Shown piece by piece: positions 1 to 9,063 of a stretch of DNA of 64,000 nt; the stretch's first letter is position 1; each line of letters starts with the position of its first letter. The translations under genes and the position numbers were made by a program. The notes under the pieces were generated by a model. It was not told the DNA's origin. It did not search any database and saw only the letters and a list, made by a program, of their open reading frames with translations. The stretch comes from an uncultured SAR86 cluster bacterium (GTDB lineage: Bacteria; Pseudomonadota; Gammaproteobacteria; Magnimaribacterales; D2472), in contig CACOEZ010000001.1 in assembly GCA_902626385.1 (NCBI GenBank), forward strand, positions 79,756-143,755. Reading direction: 5' to 3'.

Positions 1-1401
1 GAAAATCTTAATGATTTAGTCGACGACAACTCTTTCCTTGAATTTGGACAATTTGCTGTCGCAGCCCAAAGAAGCAGGCGAGATTACGATGACTTGCAAG
101 AGGAAACGAATGCCGATGGAATCATTACTGGATTTTGTTCAATAAATTCAGAAATTATAGGAAAGGATAAATCAAATGCAGTAGCTATAATCTATGACTA
201 TTCTGTGCTTGCAGGAACACAAGGCTATTTCCACCATCAAAAGCTAGATCGCATAATTGAAAAAGCTAAGAAGTTTAATCTGCCCGTTGTTATTTATACT
301 GAGGGTGGGGGCGGAAGACCAGGTGATGTCGATGTAACAACACAGGTAGCAGGTTTACATGTACCATCTTTTGCAAACTGGGCATCTCTATCAGGTCAGT
401 CATTAAAGATTGCAGTGAATAATGGCTATTGTTTTGCTGGCAACGCGGCCTTATTTGGAAGCAGCGATTTTAAAATTGCAACAAAGAATTCATGGATTGG
501 AATGGCAGGACCTGCAATGATTGAGGGAGGAGGACTTGGTAAATTTTCTCCAGAAGAAATCGGCCCAATTGAAGAACATAAATTTAATGGTGTTGTGGAC
601 ATAGTTGCTGAAGATGAGAAAGAGGCAACATTTTACGCTAAAAAGATTTTGTCATATTTTCAAGGAAGTTTCGAAGATTATAAGAATAATGAACAAGAGA
701 TCTTAAGAGAGATAATGCCTAAAGACAGAAGGTATAGTTATGAAGTAAGAGAGATTTTAGAGATTATTGCAGATAAAGAATCTTTCTTAGAAGTAAAAAA
801 AGAATATGGAAAGTCGGTTATAACAGGCTTTATAAGAATTGAAGGACATCCAATAGCGATCATTTCTAGTAATTGCAAACATATTGGTGGAGCAATAGAT
901 TCTGAAGCATCTGATAAAGTTTCAGATTTCTTTAACCTTTGTAGCGACAAAATGATCCCTGTGGCTTCTTTTGTAGACACTCCAGGATTTATGGTTGGGC
1001 CTGAAAGCGAAAAGGAAGGAGCAGTTAGAAGAATGGCAAATCTTTTTAAAGCAGGCTCGATGATGAAAACACCACTAGCTGCAATATTTCTTCGAAAGGG
1101 TTATGGCCTTGGTGCACAAGCGCTTGTTGGAGGAAGTCTTCATCAGCCAGCATATACAGCAGCATGGCCTACTGGTGAATTTGGAGGAATGGGATTAGAA
1201 GGAGCAGTTAAACTTGGTTTTAAAAAGGAACTCGATGCAATTAGTGATGAAGCTGAAAAACATAAACTGTATGAAAAACTTGTCACAAAGATGTATGATG
1301 CAGGTAAAGCAGTTGAAGCAGCATCTTTTTTAGAGATTGACGCGGTTATAGATCCAGCTGATACAAGAAAAGTGCTTTTGAAAGCCCTTCATCAAGTATA
1401 A
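1..1401 (+). CDS. acyl-CoA carboxylase carboxyltransferase (beta-type) subunit, 5' end outside window
   Basis: Frame 1 is open from nt 1 (ENLNDLVDDNSFLEFGQFAVAAQRS...), so the TTG at 94 is not the true start. Carboxyltransferase-domain signatures: YTEGGGGRPGD, AAWPTGEFGGMGLEGAV, C-terminal IDPADTRKVL. Confidence 0.8.
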   Translation, partial: ENLNDLVDDNSFLEFGQFAVAAQRSRRDYDDLQEETNADGIITGFCSINSEIIGKDKSNAVAIIYDYSVLAGTQGYFHHQKLDRIIEKAKKFNLPVVIYTEGGGGRPGDVDVTTQVAGLHVPSFANWASLSGQSLKIAVNNGYCFAGNAALFGSSDFKIATKNSWIGMAGPAMIEGGGLGKFSPEEIGPIEEHKFNGVVDIVAEDEKEATFYAKKILSYFQGSFEDYKNNEQEILREIMPKDRRYSYEVREILEIIADKESFLEVKKEYGKSVITGFIRIEGHPIAIISSNCKHIGGAIDSEASDKVSDFFNLCSDKMIPVASFVDTPGFMVGPESEKEGAVRRMANLFKAGSMMKTPLAAIFLRKGYGLGAQALVGGSLHQPAYTAAWPTGEFGGMGLEGAVKLGFKKELDAISDEAEKHKLYEKLVTKMYDAGKAVEAASFLEIDAVIDPADTRKVLLKALHQV

Positions 1402-1409
1402 AAATATAA

Positions 1410-2243
1410 ATGACTAACTTAACAGTAAATGAAATCTATGCAGTGGGAGCGCCCATAGTTCTCGCAATGATTTTGTTTGAAGTACTATTTTCAAGCGCCA
1501 CAAACAAAAATCTTTATAAAAAAGAAGATACGTTATGTACAGTTGGGCTTTTAACAGGAAATATATTGATGGTATTTGCTCTTAAAGGAGCAACTTTGGC
1601 GCTTCATTTTTATTTATATCAATTTAAGCTTTTTAACTTATCTGAATCGATGCCAATCTGGACACTTTGGTTGTTAACATTCGTGATGATAGATTTTGTT
1701 TTTTATTTTTATCATAGGATATCGCATAGAGTTAACTTTTTATGGGCTGTCCATATGAGTCATCACTCAAGTGAGGAAATGAATTTTGCTGTTTCTTTCA
1801 GGCAGGCTTGGTTTGGACCAGTATCAAAAATACCTTTTTTTATTACATTGCCTTTAATAGGTTTTGATCCAACGGTAATTGCTGTTGCAGGCGTTATTAG
1901 CACTTTATGGGGAATTGTTGGACACACACAAATAGTTGGAAAGTTGGGGCCTTTAGAATGGATTTTTAATACGCCCTCACATCATCGAGTGCATCACGGA
2001 TCAAATAGCCAGTATATTGACAAAAATTACGGAAACTTGCTGATAATTTGGGATAAGCTCTTTGGAACATTTGAGCCTGAGCAAGAGCCAGTCAAATATG
2101 GCTTAGTGAAAAATGTAAATACATTTAGCCCAACCAAAATAACATTTATGGGATGGGCTGATATGATCAAAAATATCAGATCAGCCCAAAACTTTAACGA
2201 GGCTCTATATTTTTTCTTTGGGCCGCCTAAAACCAAAAACTAA
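1410..2243 (+). CDS. fatty acid hydroxylase / sterol desaturase superfamily membrane protein
   Basis: Three His boxes (HRISH, HMSHH, HHRVHH) spaced as in di-iron membrane hydroxylases/desaturases. Several hydrophobic helices. Confidence 0.75.
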   Translation: MTNLTVNEIYAVGAPIVLAMILFEVLFSSATNKNLYKKEDTLCTVGLLTGNILMVFALKGATLALHFYLYQFKLFNLSESMPIWTLWLLTFVMIDFVFYFYHRISHRVNFLWAVHMSHHSSEEMNFAVSFRQAWFGPVSKIPFFITLPLIGFDPTVIAVAGVISTLWGIVGHTQIVGKLGPLEWIFNTPSHHRVHHGSNSQYIDKNYGNLLIIWDKLFGTFEPEQEPVKYGLVKNVNTFSPTKITFMGWADMIKNIRSAQNFNEALYFFFGPPKTKN

Positions 2244-2245
2244 TT

Positions 2246-2710
2246 ATGAAAAACTTACTTATATTTATTATTTTTACTCCCGTAATTTTCTCAAATCAAA
2301 ATAGTCATTGTGATAATGTCGAACTATATTTTATAAATCCACCAGATGGACTAATAACAAATGCTAAAGAAATTAAGATTGAATTTGGATCCAAAAATGT
2401 AAAAGTTAGTCCTGCGGGAGTAATGGTAGATAATTCTGATCCTTGTTTAGTCAGCGGACATCATCACCTAATAATTAATAACGCATATGATGTAACTGTT
2501 AATAAAGTTGAACCGATACCATATGGAGAAAACATTCTTCATTTTGGTGGTGGTCAAACCGAAGCAGCTCTATCGCTTAAGCCTGGAAAATATGATTTAC
2601 AACTGGCCCTTGGAGATTATCAACACGTTCCAGTTAAGCCAGTTAATTCCGGAAGCAACTATCAACCACTTGTCTCAAAAAAAATAACAATTGAGATAAC
2701 AAGTGAATAA
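2246..2710 (+). CDS. secreted DUF4399-like protein
   Basis: N-terminal signal-like segment MKNLLIFIIFTPVIFS. The SGHHHLIIN motif matches what I recall for DUF4399. Starts 3 nt after the upstream gene. Confidence 0.5.
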   Translation: MKNLLIFIIFTPVIFSNQNSHCDNVELYFINPPDGLITNAKEIKIEFGSKNVKVSPAGVMVDNSDPCLVSGHHHLIINNAYDVTVNKVEPIPYGENILHFGGGQTEAALSLKPGKYDLQLALGDYQHVPVKPVNSGSNYQPLVSKKITIEITSE

Positions 2711-2926
2711 ATATTATTGATTTAACCCCCTTTTCTAATACAATAAATATACGAAAAATTACGAAAGGGGAAGCGTATCTTTTCATTAACCAAAAATATA
2801 TTATTTTTTTCTAGATTATCCATTGCGATAGCGTCAATATTTTTTTCAAAAAATGTTCTAGCTGAGAGTATTTTTATTGGTCCTGGCCCAGATGCTCACG
2901 AGAGATTACAAGAAGCTCTGATATTA

Positions 2927-4027
2927 ATGAATGAAGGGGATACATTAGTTATTGAGTCTGGATATTATGAATTTGAAGATGGGCTATCTCTTGATGTAAG
3001 TAATGTAACTATCAAGGGTGAAGGCATGGAAAAAACTATCCTTGATTTTAAAAATCAACAATCTGGTGCTCAAGGCTTTTTAGTCACCTCAGACAAGGTA
3101 ACACTTAGAGATTTTGCAATATTAGATGCAAAAGGAGATGCTCTAAAGGTTATAGGTTCTAATGGTATTAATATGATTAATCTCAGAACAGAATGGACTG
3201 GTGGTCCGAAAAGCACGAACGGAGCTTATGGTTTTTATCCAGTTGAATCTGAAGATGTTCTTATAGATGGTTGTGTTGCAATTGGAGCGTCCGATGCTGG
3301 TATATATGTTGGCCAGTCAAAAAATATAATTGTTAGAAATAGCATTGCTCAATATAACGTTGCTGGAATTGAAATTGAAAATTCATACTATGCTGATGTT
3401 TACAATAATTTGGCATCACATAATACAGCTGGAATATTAGTCTTTGACTTGCCAGACCTTCCTCAACAAGGAGGCCATCACATAAGAGTATTTGATAATA
3501 AATCAATTGATAACGATACAGATAATTTTGCACCTGAGGGAAACATAGTGGGAGAGGTGCCAAGAGGGACAGGTATCATAGTTATGGCAAATTCAGATGT
3601 TGAAATTTTCGATAACCTTATGAGTGGGAATGGAACAGTAAATTTGTCAATTGTTTCATACTCAGATGAGACAGACGATCCAAACTATTATCCTCATCCT
3701 AAAAGGATTCAAGTGCACAGCAATACTTATGGACCGAGTGGATTTGATCCAGATCTTGAGACAGGAGATTTGGCAAAAGCCCTTTATGAGATAAGTAATG
3801 GCAATATGCCTGACATATTTTGGGATGGCGTAGTTCCAATCTCACAAATGGTTTTTGGTCAGCCAGAAGATGAAAAGTTAATTATGGAAGAAGAAAATAA
3901 AGTTAGTTTTCTTACGATAAGCCCAATCAAATATATGTTGGGCTTCACAAATCCTACACGAACAGATAAAAAAGAATTTAAAGGGGTCATTAATCCACTG
4001 GAACCGATTGTTATAGACGGTATATAG
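2927..4027 (+). CDS. parallel beta-helix repeat protein (NosD/CASH-like); true start probably upstream, about 2777
   Basis: Stacked ~22-aa turns (AGIYVGQSKNIIVRNS / AGIEIENSYYADVYNN / AGILVFDLPD / GIIVMANSDVEIFDN) typical of right-handed beta-helices. 2927 is the first canonical ATG, but an in-frame signal peptide lies upstream (see findings). Confidence 0.7.
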   Translation: MNEGDTLVIESGYYEFEDGLSLDVSNVTIKGEGMEKTILDFKNQQSGAQGFLVTSDKVTLRDFAILDAKGDALKVIGSNGINMINLRTEWTGGPKSTNGAYGFYPVESEDVLIDGCVAIGASDAGIYVGQSKNIIVRNSIAQYNVAGIEIENSYYADVYNNLASHNTAGILVFDLPDLPQQGGHHIRVFDNKSIDNDTDNFAPEGNIVGEVPRGTGIIVMANSDVEIFDNLMSGNGTVNLSIVSYSDETDDPNYYPHPKRIQVHSNTYGPSGFDPDLETGDLAKALYEISNGNMPDIFWDGVVPISQMVFGQPEDEKLIMEEENKVSFLTISPIKYMLGFTNPTRTDKKEFKGVINPLEPIVIDGI

Positions 4028-4032
4028 GGATA

Positions 4033-5070
4033 ATGAAAAATACAGTTCAAATTTTGATAGTTCTTATGCTATGCATGAGATCTTTTGCCGTAAACGATAA
4101 CCTAATAATGGCAGAAACATTCCCAAAAAAATTATCTGATTTTGCATTTTTTTATGACAATTCTGCACAAGTGCCTCACGAAGATGTAATTCCATATGAA
4201 TTAATATCTACACTTTTTTCAGACTATTCATACAAACAAAGATGGGTTTACGTTCCAAATAATAAAAAAGCTAAATACAAAGAGAGCTGGGTTTTTGATT
4301 TCCCAATTGGATCTGCGCTTATAAAAACATTTTATTATCCTGTTGATGAAAGGAATCCTGAGTTAGGCAAAAATTTATTAGAAACTAGACTTTTATTAAG
4401 AAAAGAATCTGGGTGGGAAGCAGTCTCATATGCTTGGAATGATGAACAAACGGAAGCATTTAAAAAAGTGGCAGGCAAAACAATAAATGTCTCTTGGATA
4501 GACTTTATGGGTGAAGAAAAAGAAGTTCGTTACAGAGTCCCAAATGTCAATCAATGTAAGGAATGTCATGCAGCTAATGACAAAACAACTCCAATAGGAC
4601 CTAAAGCTAGAAATATTAACAAGGAGTTTACATATAAAGATGGAGAATTTAACCAATTAGCATACTGGATGGATAGACAAATAATCGATAATTATCCATT
4701 AGATCTGGTATCGCCTGTTGATTGGACAGATGAAAGTCAAAATATGAATGATAGGGTTAGATCTTATCTCGACGTAAATTGTGGGCATTGCCACTCACCT
4801 ACAGGAAATGCAAACTCTACAGGGCTTTATCTTCATTTAAATGAAACGAGAGATACTCATTTAGGAGTCTATAAAAAGCCAGTAGCTACCGGTCGAGGCA
4901 GTGGTGGATTAAAATATTCCATAGTTCCAGGCAAGCCAGACGAGTCTATTTTATTGCATAGAATGATATCAATGGATCCTGGTGTAATGATGCCAGAATC
5001 TGGAAGAGCTCTAACTCATGAAGAAGCAGTCGAAATGGTTAGGGAATGGATATTATTAATGGAAAATTAA
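4033..5070 (+). CDS. secreted protein with two CxxCH heme-binding-type motifs (partner of the beta-helix protein)
   Basis: Signal peptide MKNTVQILIVLMLCMRSFA. CKECH at nt 4555-4569 and CGHCH at nt 4780-4794. C-terminal LLHRM...GVMMPE resembles cytochrome-c-like domains. Starts 5 nt after the beta-helix gene. Confidence 0.6.
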   Translation: MKNTVQILIVLMLCMRSFAVNDNLIMAETFPKKLSDFAFFYDNSAQVPHEDVIPYELISTLFSDYSYKQRWVYVPNNKKAKYKESWVFDFPIGSALIKTFYYPVDERNPELGKNLLETRLLLRKESGWEAVSYAWNDEQTEAFKKVAGKTINVSWIDFMGEEKEVRYRVPNVNQCKECHAANDKTTPIGPKARNINKEFTYKDGEFNQLAYWMDRQIIDNYPLDLVSPVDWTDESQNMNDRVRSYLDVNCGHCHSPTGNANSTGLYLHLNETRDTHLGVYKKPVATGRGSGGLKYSIVPGKPDESILLHRMISMDPGVMMPESGRALTHEEAVEMVREWILLMEN

Positions 5071-5089
5071 TTTAAACACAATTAAGAGA

Positions 5090-5641
5090 ATGTATTTGAG
5101 ATATCTTTTATTTTTATTTTTTATTGTTTCTTGCGAGCCTCAAGAATCAAAGAACTCTTATCAAGCACCCTCTACTATTGAGAAAATTGAAACAAAAAAT
5201 CTGCTGGATAACTTAAATCAAGACAGACTAAATAAGATCCGTTATGTTCTTACAAATCGCTTTAATTTGAAAAATATTGATCTAAATAAAGGATTCAGTT
5301 TTTTTATAGACATATCTGAAATTGGTAATTACATAGATTGTGGATTTATGAACGAAGAGATATATGTAGATTATATCGAGAGAATTTTTGGCTCATCTTT
5401 AAAAGCAACAGTAAGACTAGATTTAGTTGAAGAAGATGATCTTTTCAACATTGAGGATATGTCAATAAATTATTTATTCCAATCCAAGGAAACTGGAACA
5501 AGATGGAAATTTAAAACAAACAAACCTAAAGAATTATTAGTAGGAAACCCAGTATATGATGATAATCCATATAGAATTTGTATGTCTGTTAATACTTTAG
5601 AAAAAGAAATCATCGAATTGATAAGAATGGAAAATGTATAA
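5090..5641 (+). CDS. hypothetical lipoprotein
   Basis: Lipobox FIVS-C after a hydrophobic N-terminus. No recognisable domain. Overlaps the next gene in ATGTATAA. Confidence 0.45.
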   Translation: MYLRYLLFLFFIVSCEPQESKNSYQAPSTIEKIETKNLLDNLNQDRLNKIRYVLTNRFNLKNIDLNKGFSFFIDISEIGNYIDCGFMNEEIYVDYIERIFGSSLKATVRLDLVEEDDLFNIEDMSINYLFQSKETGTRWKFKTNKPKELLVGNPVYDDNPYRICMSVNTLEKEIIELIRMENV

Positions 5642-6122
5642 AAATTTCAACATAGCCGCAGCTTTCTTTATTTTTTTCTTTGCTGAATTTTCAATCGCTC
5701 ACGAAGAAGATGAAATTTTAGGTTATTGGCTAACATCACAATCCATTGTTCTTGTTAGTAAATGCGATAGTCAATTATGCGCAACTATCGAACATATTTT
5801 TGTTGATGAGGGAACTGATCCAAAATCTATCTTAGATGAAAATAATAGAGATAAATCACTCAGAGAAAGACCAATCATAGGAATAAACTTGATAGAAGGA
5901 TTTGAATATCAGAAAGGCCTTAAAGAATATAACGGCGGTAAGATTTATGATCCTGGGAGAGGTAGAACATTTAAATCCAACATATACCTTTTAGATAATC
6001 ATAATTTAAAAGTTGAAGGATGCTTGATGAGATTATGTGGCGACGAGGAATGGCAAGCTCTAAAAGTGACATTTGACGAAGATGGTACAAGGTCGGCAGT
6101 TTTAAAATATGAAAAAAATTAA
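5634..6122 (+). CDS. secreted DUF2147-like protein
   Basis: Signal peptide ending SIA/HEE. The GYWLT...GGKIYDPGRGRTFKSNIYLLD...LKVEGC pattern matches my recollection of DUF2147. Confidence 0.55.
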   Translation: MYKNFNIAAAFFIFFFAEFSIAHEEDEILGYWLTSQSIVLVSKCDSQLCATIEHIFVDEGTDPKSILDENNRDKSLRERPIIGINLIEGFEYQKGLKEYNGGKIYDPGRGRTFKSNIYLLDNHNLKVEGCLMRLCGDEEWQALKVTFDEDGTRSAVLKYEKN

Positions 6123-6468
6123 TTTTAAAAAGAAGTTCAACAAATTTTCAGATCTATGGTCTCCAAAGGTTATTGCTGAAATGAACAACTATCAATTTAA
6201 ATTAGTAAAGATTAAAGATGATTTTATATGGCATATGCATGACGATACCGATGAGGTTTTTATAGTCATTGAAGGAGAAATCTTTATTGAATTTGAAGAT
6301 GAAACAATAAATTTAACCAGTGGAGAAATGATTGTTGTGCCAAAAGGAACTAAGCATCGACCATATGCCAACGAAGAGGCAAAAATTATGCTTGTTGAAC
6401 CTATAGGTGTTGTAAATACCGGTGATCAAAAAGATGATCTAACTGCACCAAATGATCAGTGGATATGA
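6109..6468 (+). CDS. cupin domain protein
   Basis: 119 aa. Cupin motif-1-like HMHDDTDEVFIVIEGE and motif-2-like PKGTKHRP. Confidence 0.6.
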   Translation: MKKINFKKKFNKFSDLWSPKVIAEMNNYQFKLVKIKDDFIWHMHDDTDEVFIVIEGEIFIEFEDETINLTSGEMIVVPKGTKHRPYANEEAKIMLVEPIGVVNTGDQKDDLTAPNDQWI

Positions 6469-6480
6469 TAACTTATTGAT

Positions 6481-7692
6481 ATGAGTAAAATACTTGCAGC
6501 TATATTTCTTTTGTTATTTATAGGGCTTTTAGTTTTTAGTCCAAACATTATCAGGTTATATAAGCTAGCCAATCTTTATAACGAAAAAACCATCGCAAAA
6601 AACTTTATAAATATGGGTTCAATATTTCTTGAATCTCCTTCTATTAAATCATCTGATGAGCCACACGAATTCAAGAGCGAATCATTTGAATTACCAGAAA
6701 ATTACTTCTTTGAGGGAGAGAAATTGAGCTTACAAGAGGGTATAGCGCACTTTCACACAGATGGCTTATTGATTCTCCACGATGGCAAAATTTTATTTGA
6801 ACAATATTGGAATGGGAATAACAAAGATAGTAAACATATCTCTTTTTCAGTAGCTAAATCATATTTATCTGCCCTTGTGGGAATAGCTTTTGATGAAAAC
6901 CTTATCGACAGCATAGATGATACGGTTGAAAAGTATTTACCAGAATTTAAGGGGACCGGTTATGAGGGCGTTACTATAAAAAATTTATTACAAATGTCAT
7001 CCGGCATTGCTTTTAATGAAGATTACGCCGATCCAAACTCAGATATAAATAAATTTGGCAGAGCAACAGCAAAAGGAATGTCATTCAAAGAATTTGCTAT
7101 GAGTCTTAAGAATGGACGAGAACAAGGAACATATAATCATTATGTAAGTCTAGACACTCAAGTTCTTGCTTTAATAGTTGAGTCAGTTACAAATATGCCA
7201 CTTAGAGATTATTTGTATAAAAAAATATGGAGCAAGATAGGAACTGAAAGCGATGCATACTATATTACTGATAATTCTGGTGCTGACATGGCATTAGGCG
7301 GCTTGAATGCGACATTAAGGGATTATGCTAAGTTTGGATATTTATATCTTAATAATGGAAGCTGGATGGGAGAGCAAATAGTTCCAAGACAATGGGTTAT
7401 CGATTCACATACACCAGATGCTCCTCATTTAATGCCAGATGCTGGAGAAAAAGACCTATCTTCTAATGAATGGGGTTATGGTTATCAATGGTGGGTTCCA
7501 GGAAATCCTATTACAGACTACACAGCCCATGGGATCTTTAATCAATTCATATACGTTGATCCTGAATCAAATGTAGTTATTGCAAAAACCTCATCAAATC
7601 ATCGGTTTAGATCTGAAAGAGAGTATTCTAAAGCTGCGCATATTGCTATGTTTAGATCAATTACTTCACATATCCAGAAAACTAAGAGTTAG
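6481..7692 (+). CDS. serine hydrolase, beta-lactamase/transpeptidase-like family (membrane anchored)
   Basis: N-terminal TM ILAAIFLLLFIGLLVFS. SxxK motif in FSVAKSYLSALVG. Size and YxN-like region fit the class-C beta-lactamase-like fold. Confidence 0.7.
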   Translation: MSKILAAIFLLLFIGLLVFSPNIIRLYKLANLYNEKTIAKNFINMGSIFLESPSIKSSDEPHEFKSESFELPENYFFEGEKLSLQEGIAHFHTDGLLILHDGKILFEQYWNGNNKDSKHISFSVAKSYLSALVGIAFDENLIDSIDDTVEKYLPEFKGTGYEGVTIKNLLQMSSGIAFNEDYADPNSDINKFGRATAKGMSFKEFAMSLKNGREQGTYNHYVSLDTQVLALIVESVTNMPLRDYLYKKIWSKIGTESDAYYITDNSGADMALGGLNATLRDYAKFGYLYLNNGSWMGEQIVPRQWVIDSHTPDAPHLMPDAGEKDLSSNEWGYGYQWWVPGNPITDYTAHGIFNQFIYVDPESNVVIAKTSSNHRFRSEREYSKAAHIAMFRSITSHIQKTKS

Positions 7693-7761
7693 AAGATTTG
7701 TATTAGTCATAATTCTTTCATAGAATTAAATTTGAATATGTTCATATTTGGGGAGAAAAAA

Positions 7762-8373
7762 ATGAATAATAAATTTTATAGTTTAATTGCACTTATCTTT
7801 GTTATGCATATCTCTGCAGGTCATCACGAGGGTGGACACATGCATGGTAATTCTGAGGCATGGGAAATTGAAACCTATACATCTTCTGCGCCAGATTTTA
7901 TTGGAGACTTTGCGACTGTAATTAGCGCAAGTGGGAAGGTTTTAAGAGAGGGCACTAATGGATGGACGTGCCTACCTTTTATTCCAATGCCAAAAATGGG
8001 ATTTAAATCTGCAAACGAAGCAGCTCCAGCTTGCGCTGATGCAAATGCTGTTGCCTGGGCAGATGCATATATTAATCAGACAACACCAAAAATTGAGAAT
8101 GATGGATGGATTTGGATGATTCATGGAGATACAGGCGTGGATAACTTTAGGCCTTATTCAGAAGGAGATAAGGAAAACACTGATCCAGAAGATTGGATTT
8201 ATTCAGGTTCACATTTAATGTTGATGCCTAAAGATCCTTCCTCTATGGATGGTATTTCTACAGATTTCACGACTGGCGCTCCTTATGTAATGATGAAAGG
8301 AACTCCTTTTGTGCATCTAATGATTCCTCTTGAGGGTTATTATGATTATCAACCTGAGTCTGCACCAAAATAA
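7762..8373 (+). CDS. secreted hypothetical protein with His-rich mature N-terminus
   Basis: ATG 7762 is preceded by GGGGAG (7751-7756). Signal peptide MNNKFYSLIALIFVMHISA followed by GHHEGGHMHG. No family recognised. Confidence 0.45.
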   Translation: MNNKFYSLIALIFVMHISAGHHEGGHMHGNSEAWEIETYTSSAPDFIGDFATVISASGKVLREGTNGWTCLPFIPMPKMGFKSANEAAPACADANAVAWADAYINQTTPKIENDGWIWMIHGDTGVDNFRPYSEGDKENTDPEDWIYSGSHLMLMPKDPSSMDGISTDFTTGAPYVMMKGTPFVHLMIPLEGYYDYQPESAPK

Positions 8374-8385
8374 ATTGTTGTAAAA

Positions 8386-8697
8386 ATGGAAGAAGTCAAA
8401 GTTTATATGATTGCAAATTTACAGATTCACAATGCTGAAAAATATCGAGAATATGAAAAAGGCTTCTTTCCATTATTAAAAAAACATGGTGGCGAATTTA
8501 TAACCTATGACGACAACATTACTCATATTGAGGGCGATAAACCTATGACCGGAAGAGTTATTTTATTCAGCTTTCCGTCAGAAAAACATGCCATTGATTG
8601 GTATGCTGACCCTGAATATCAAGAGCTTTCAGAACATAGAAGAGTAAGCGTTACAACAACCCTAACAAGAATAAACGGATTACCACCAAGGAAATAA
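8386..8697 (+). CDS. DUF1330 domain protein
   Basis: 103 aa dimeric alpha/beta-barrel-like pattern (VYMIANLQIHNAEKYREYEKGFFPLLKKHGGEFI). Confidence 0.55.
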   Translation: MEEVKVYMIANLQIHNAEKYREYEKGFFPLLKKHGGEFITYDDNITHIEGDKPMTGRVILFSFPSEKHAIDWYADPEYQELSEHRRVSVTTTLTRINGLPPRK

Positions 8698-8701
8698 TAT
8701 T

Positions 8702-9007
8702 ATGGAAAGATATAAGACATTTAAAGAATTTTATCCTTATTATTTGTCTGAACATGACAATAAAAAAACTAAGTTAATGCATTTTATTGGAACCAGTATC
8801 GGATTGTTTTTTATAATTAGGTTCTTTCTTACATTCAATTTTTTATATCTATTATTTGCTTTGCTCTCAGGTTACGCATTTGCATGGGTAGGACATTTCT
8901 TTATTGAGAAAAACAAGCCAGCAACATTTAAGTATCCTTTTTATAGCTTTATTGGAGACCACAAAATGTATATTGAGATTCTCCAAGGCAAACATAAAAT
9001 ATTCTAA
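8702..9007 (+). CDS. DUF962 / Mpo1-like membrane protein
   Basis: FKEFYPYYLSEHDNKKTKLMHFIGT, two TM segments and WVGHFFIEKNKPATF match the DUF962 pattern. Confidence 0.6.
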   Translation: MERYKTFKEFYPYYLSEHDNKKTKLMHFIGTSIGLFFIIRFFLTFNFLYLLFALLSGYAFAWVGHFFIEKNKPATFKYPFYSFIGDHKMYIEILQGKHKIF

Positions 9008-9063
9008 ATTTATACTTCGTATCTATAGTAAAATAAGCCAAGTTTAGCTTGGGAGAGTTTTTT

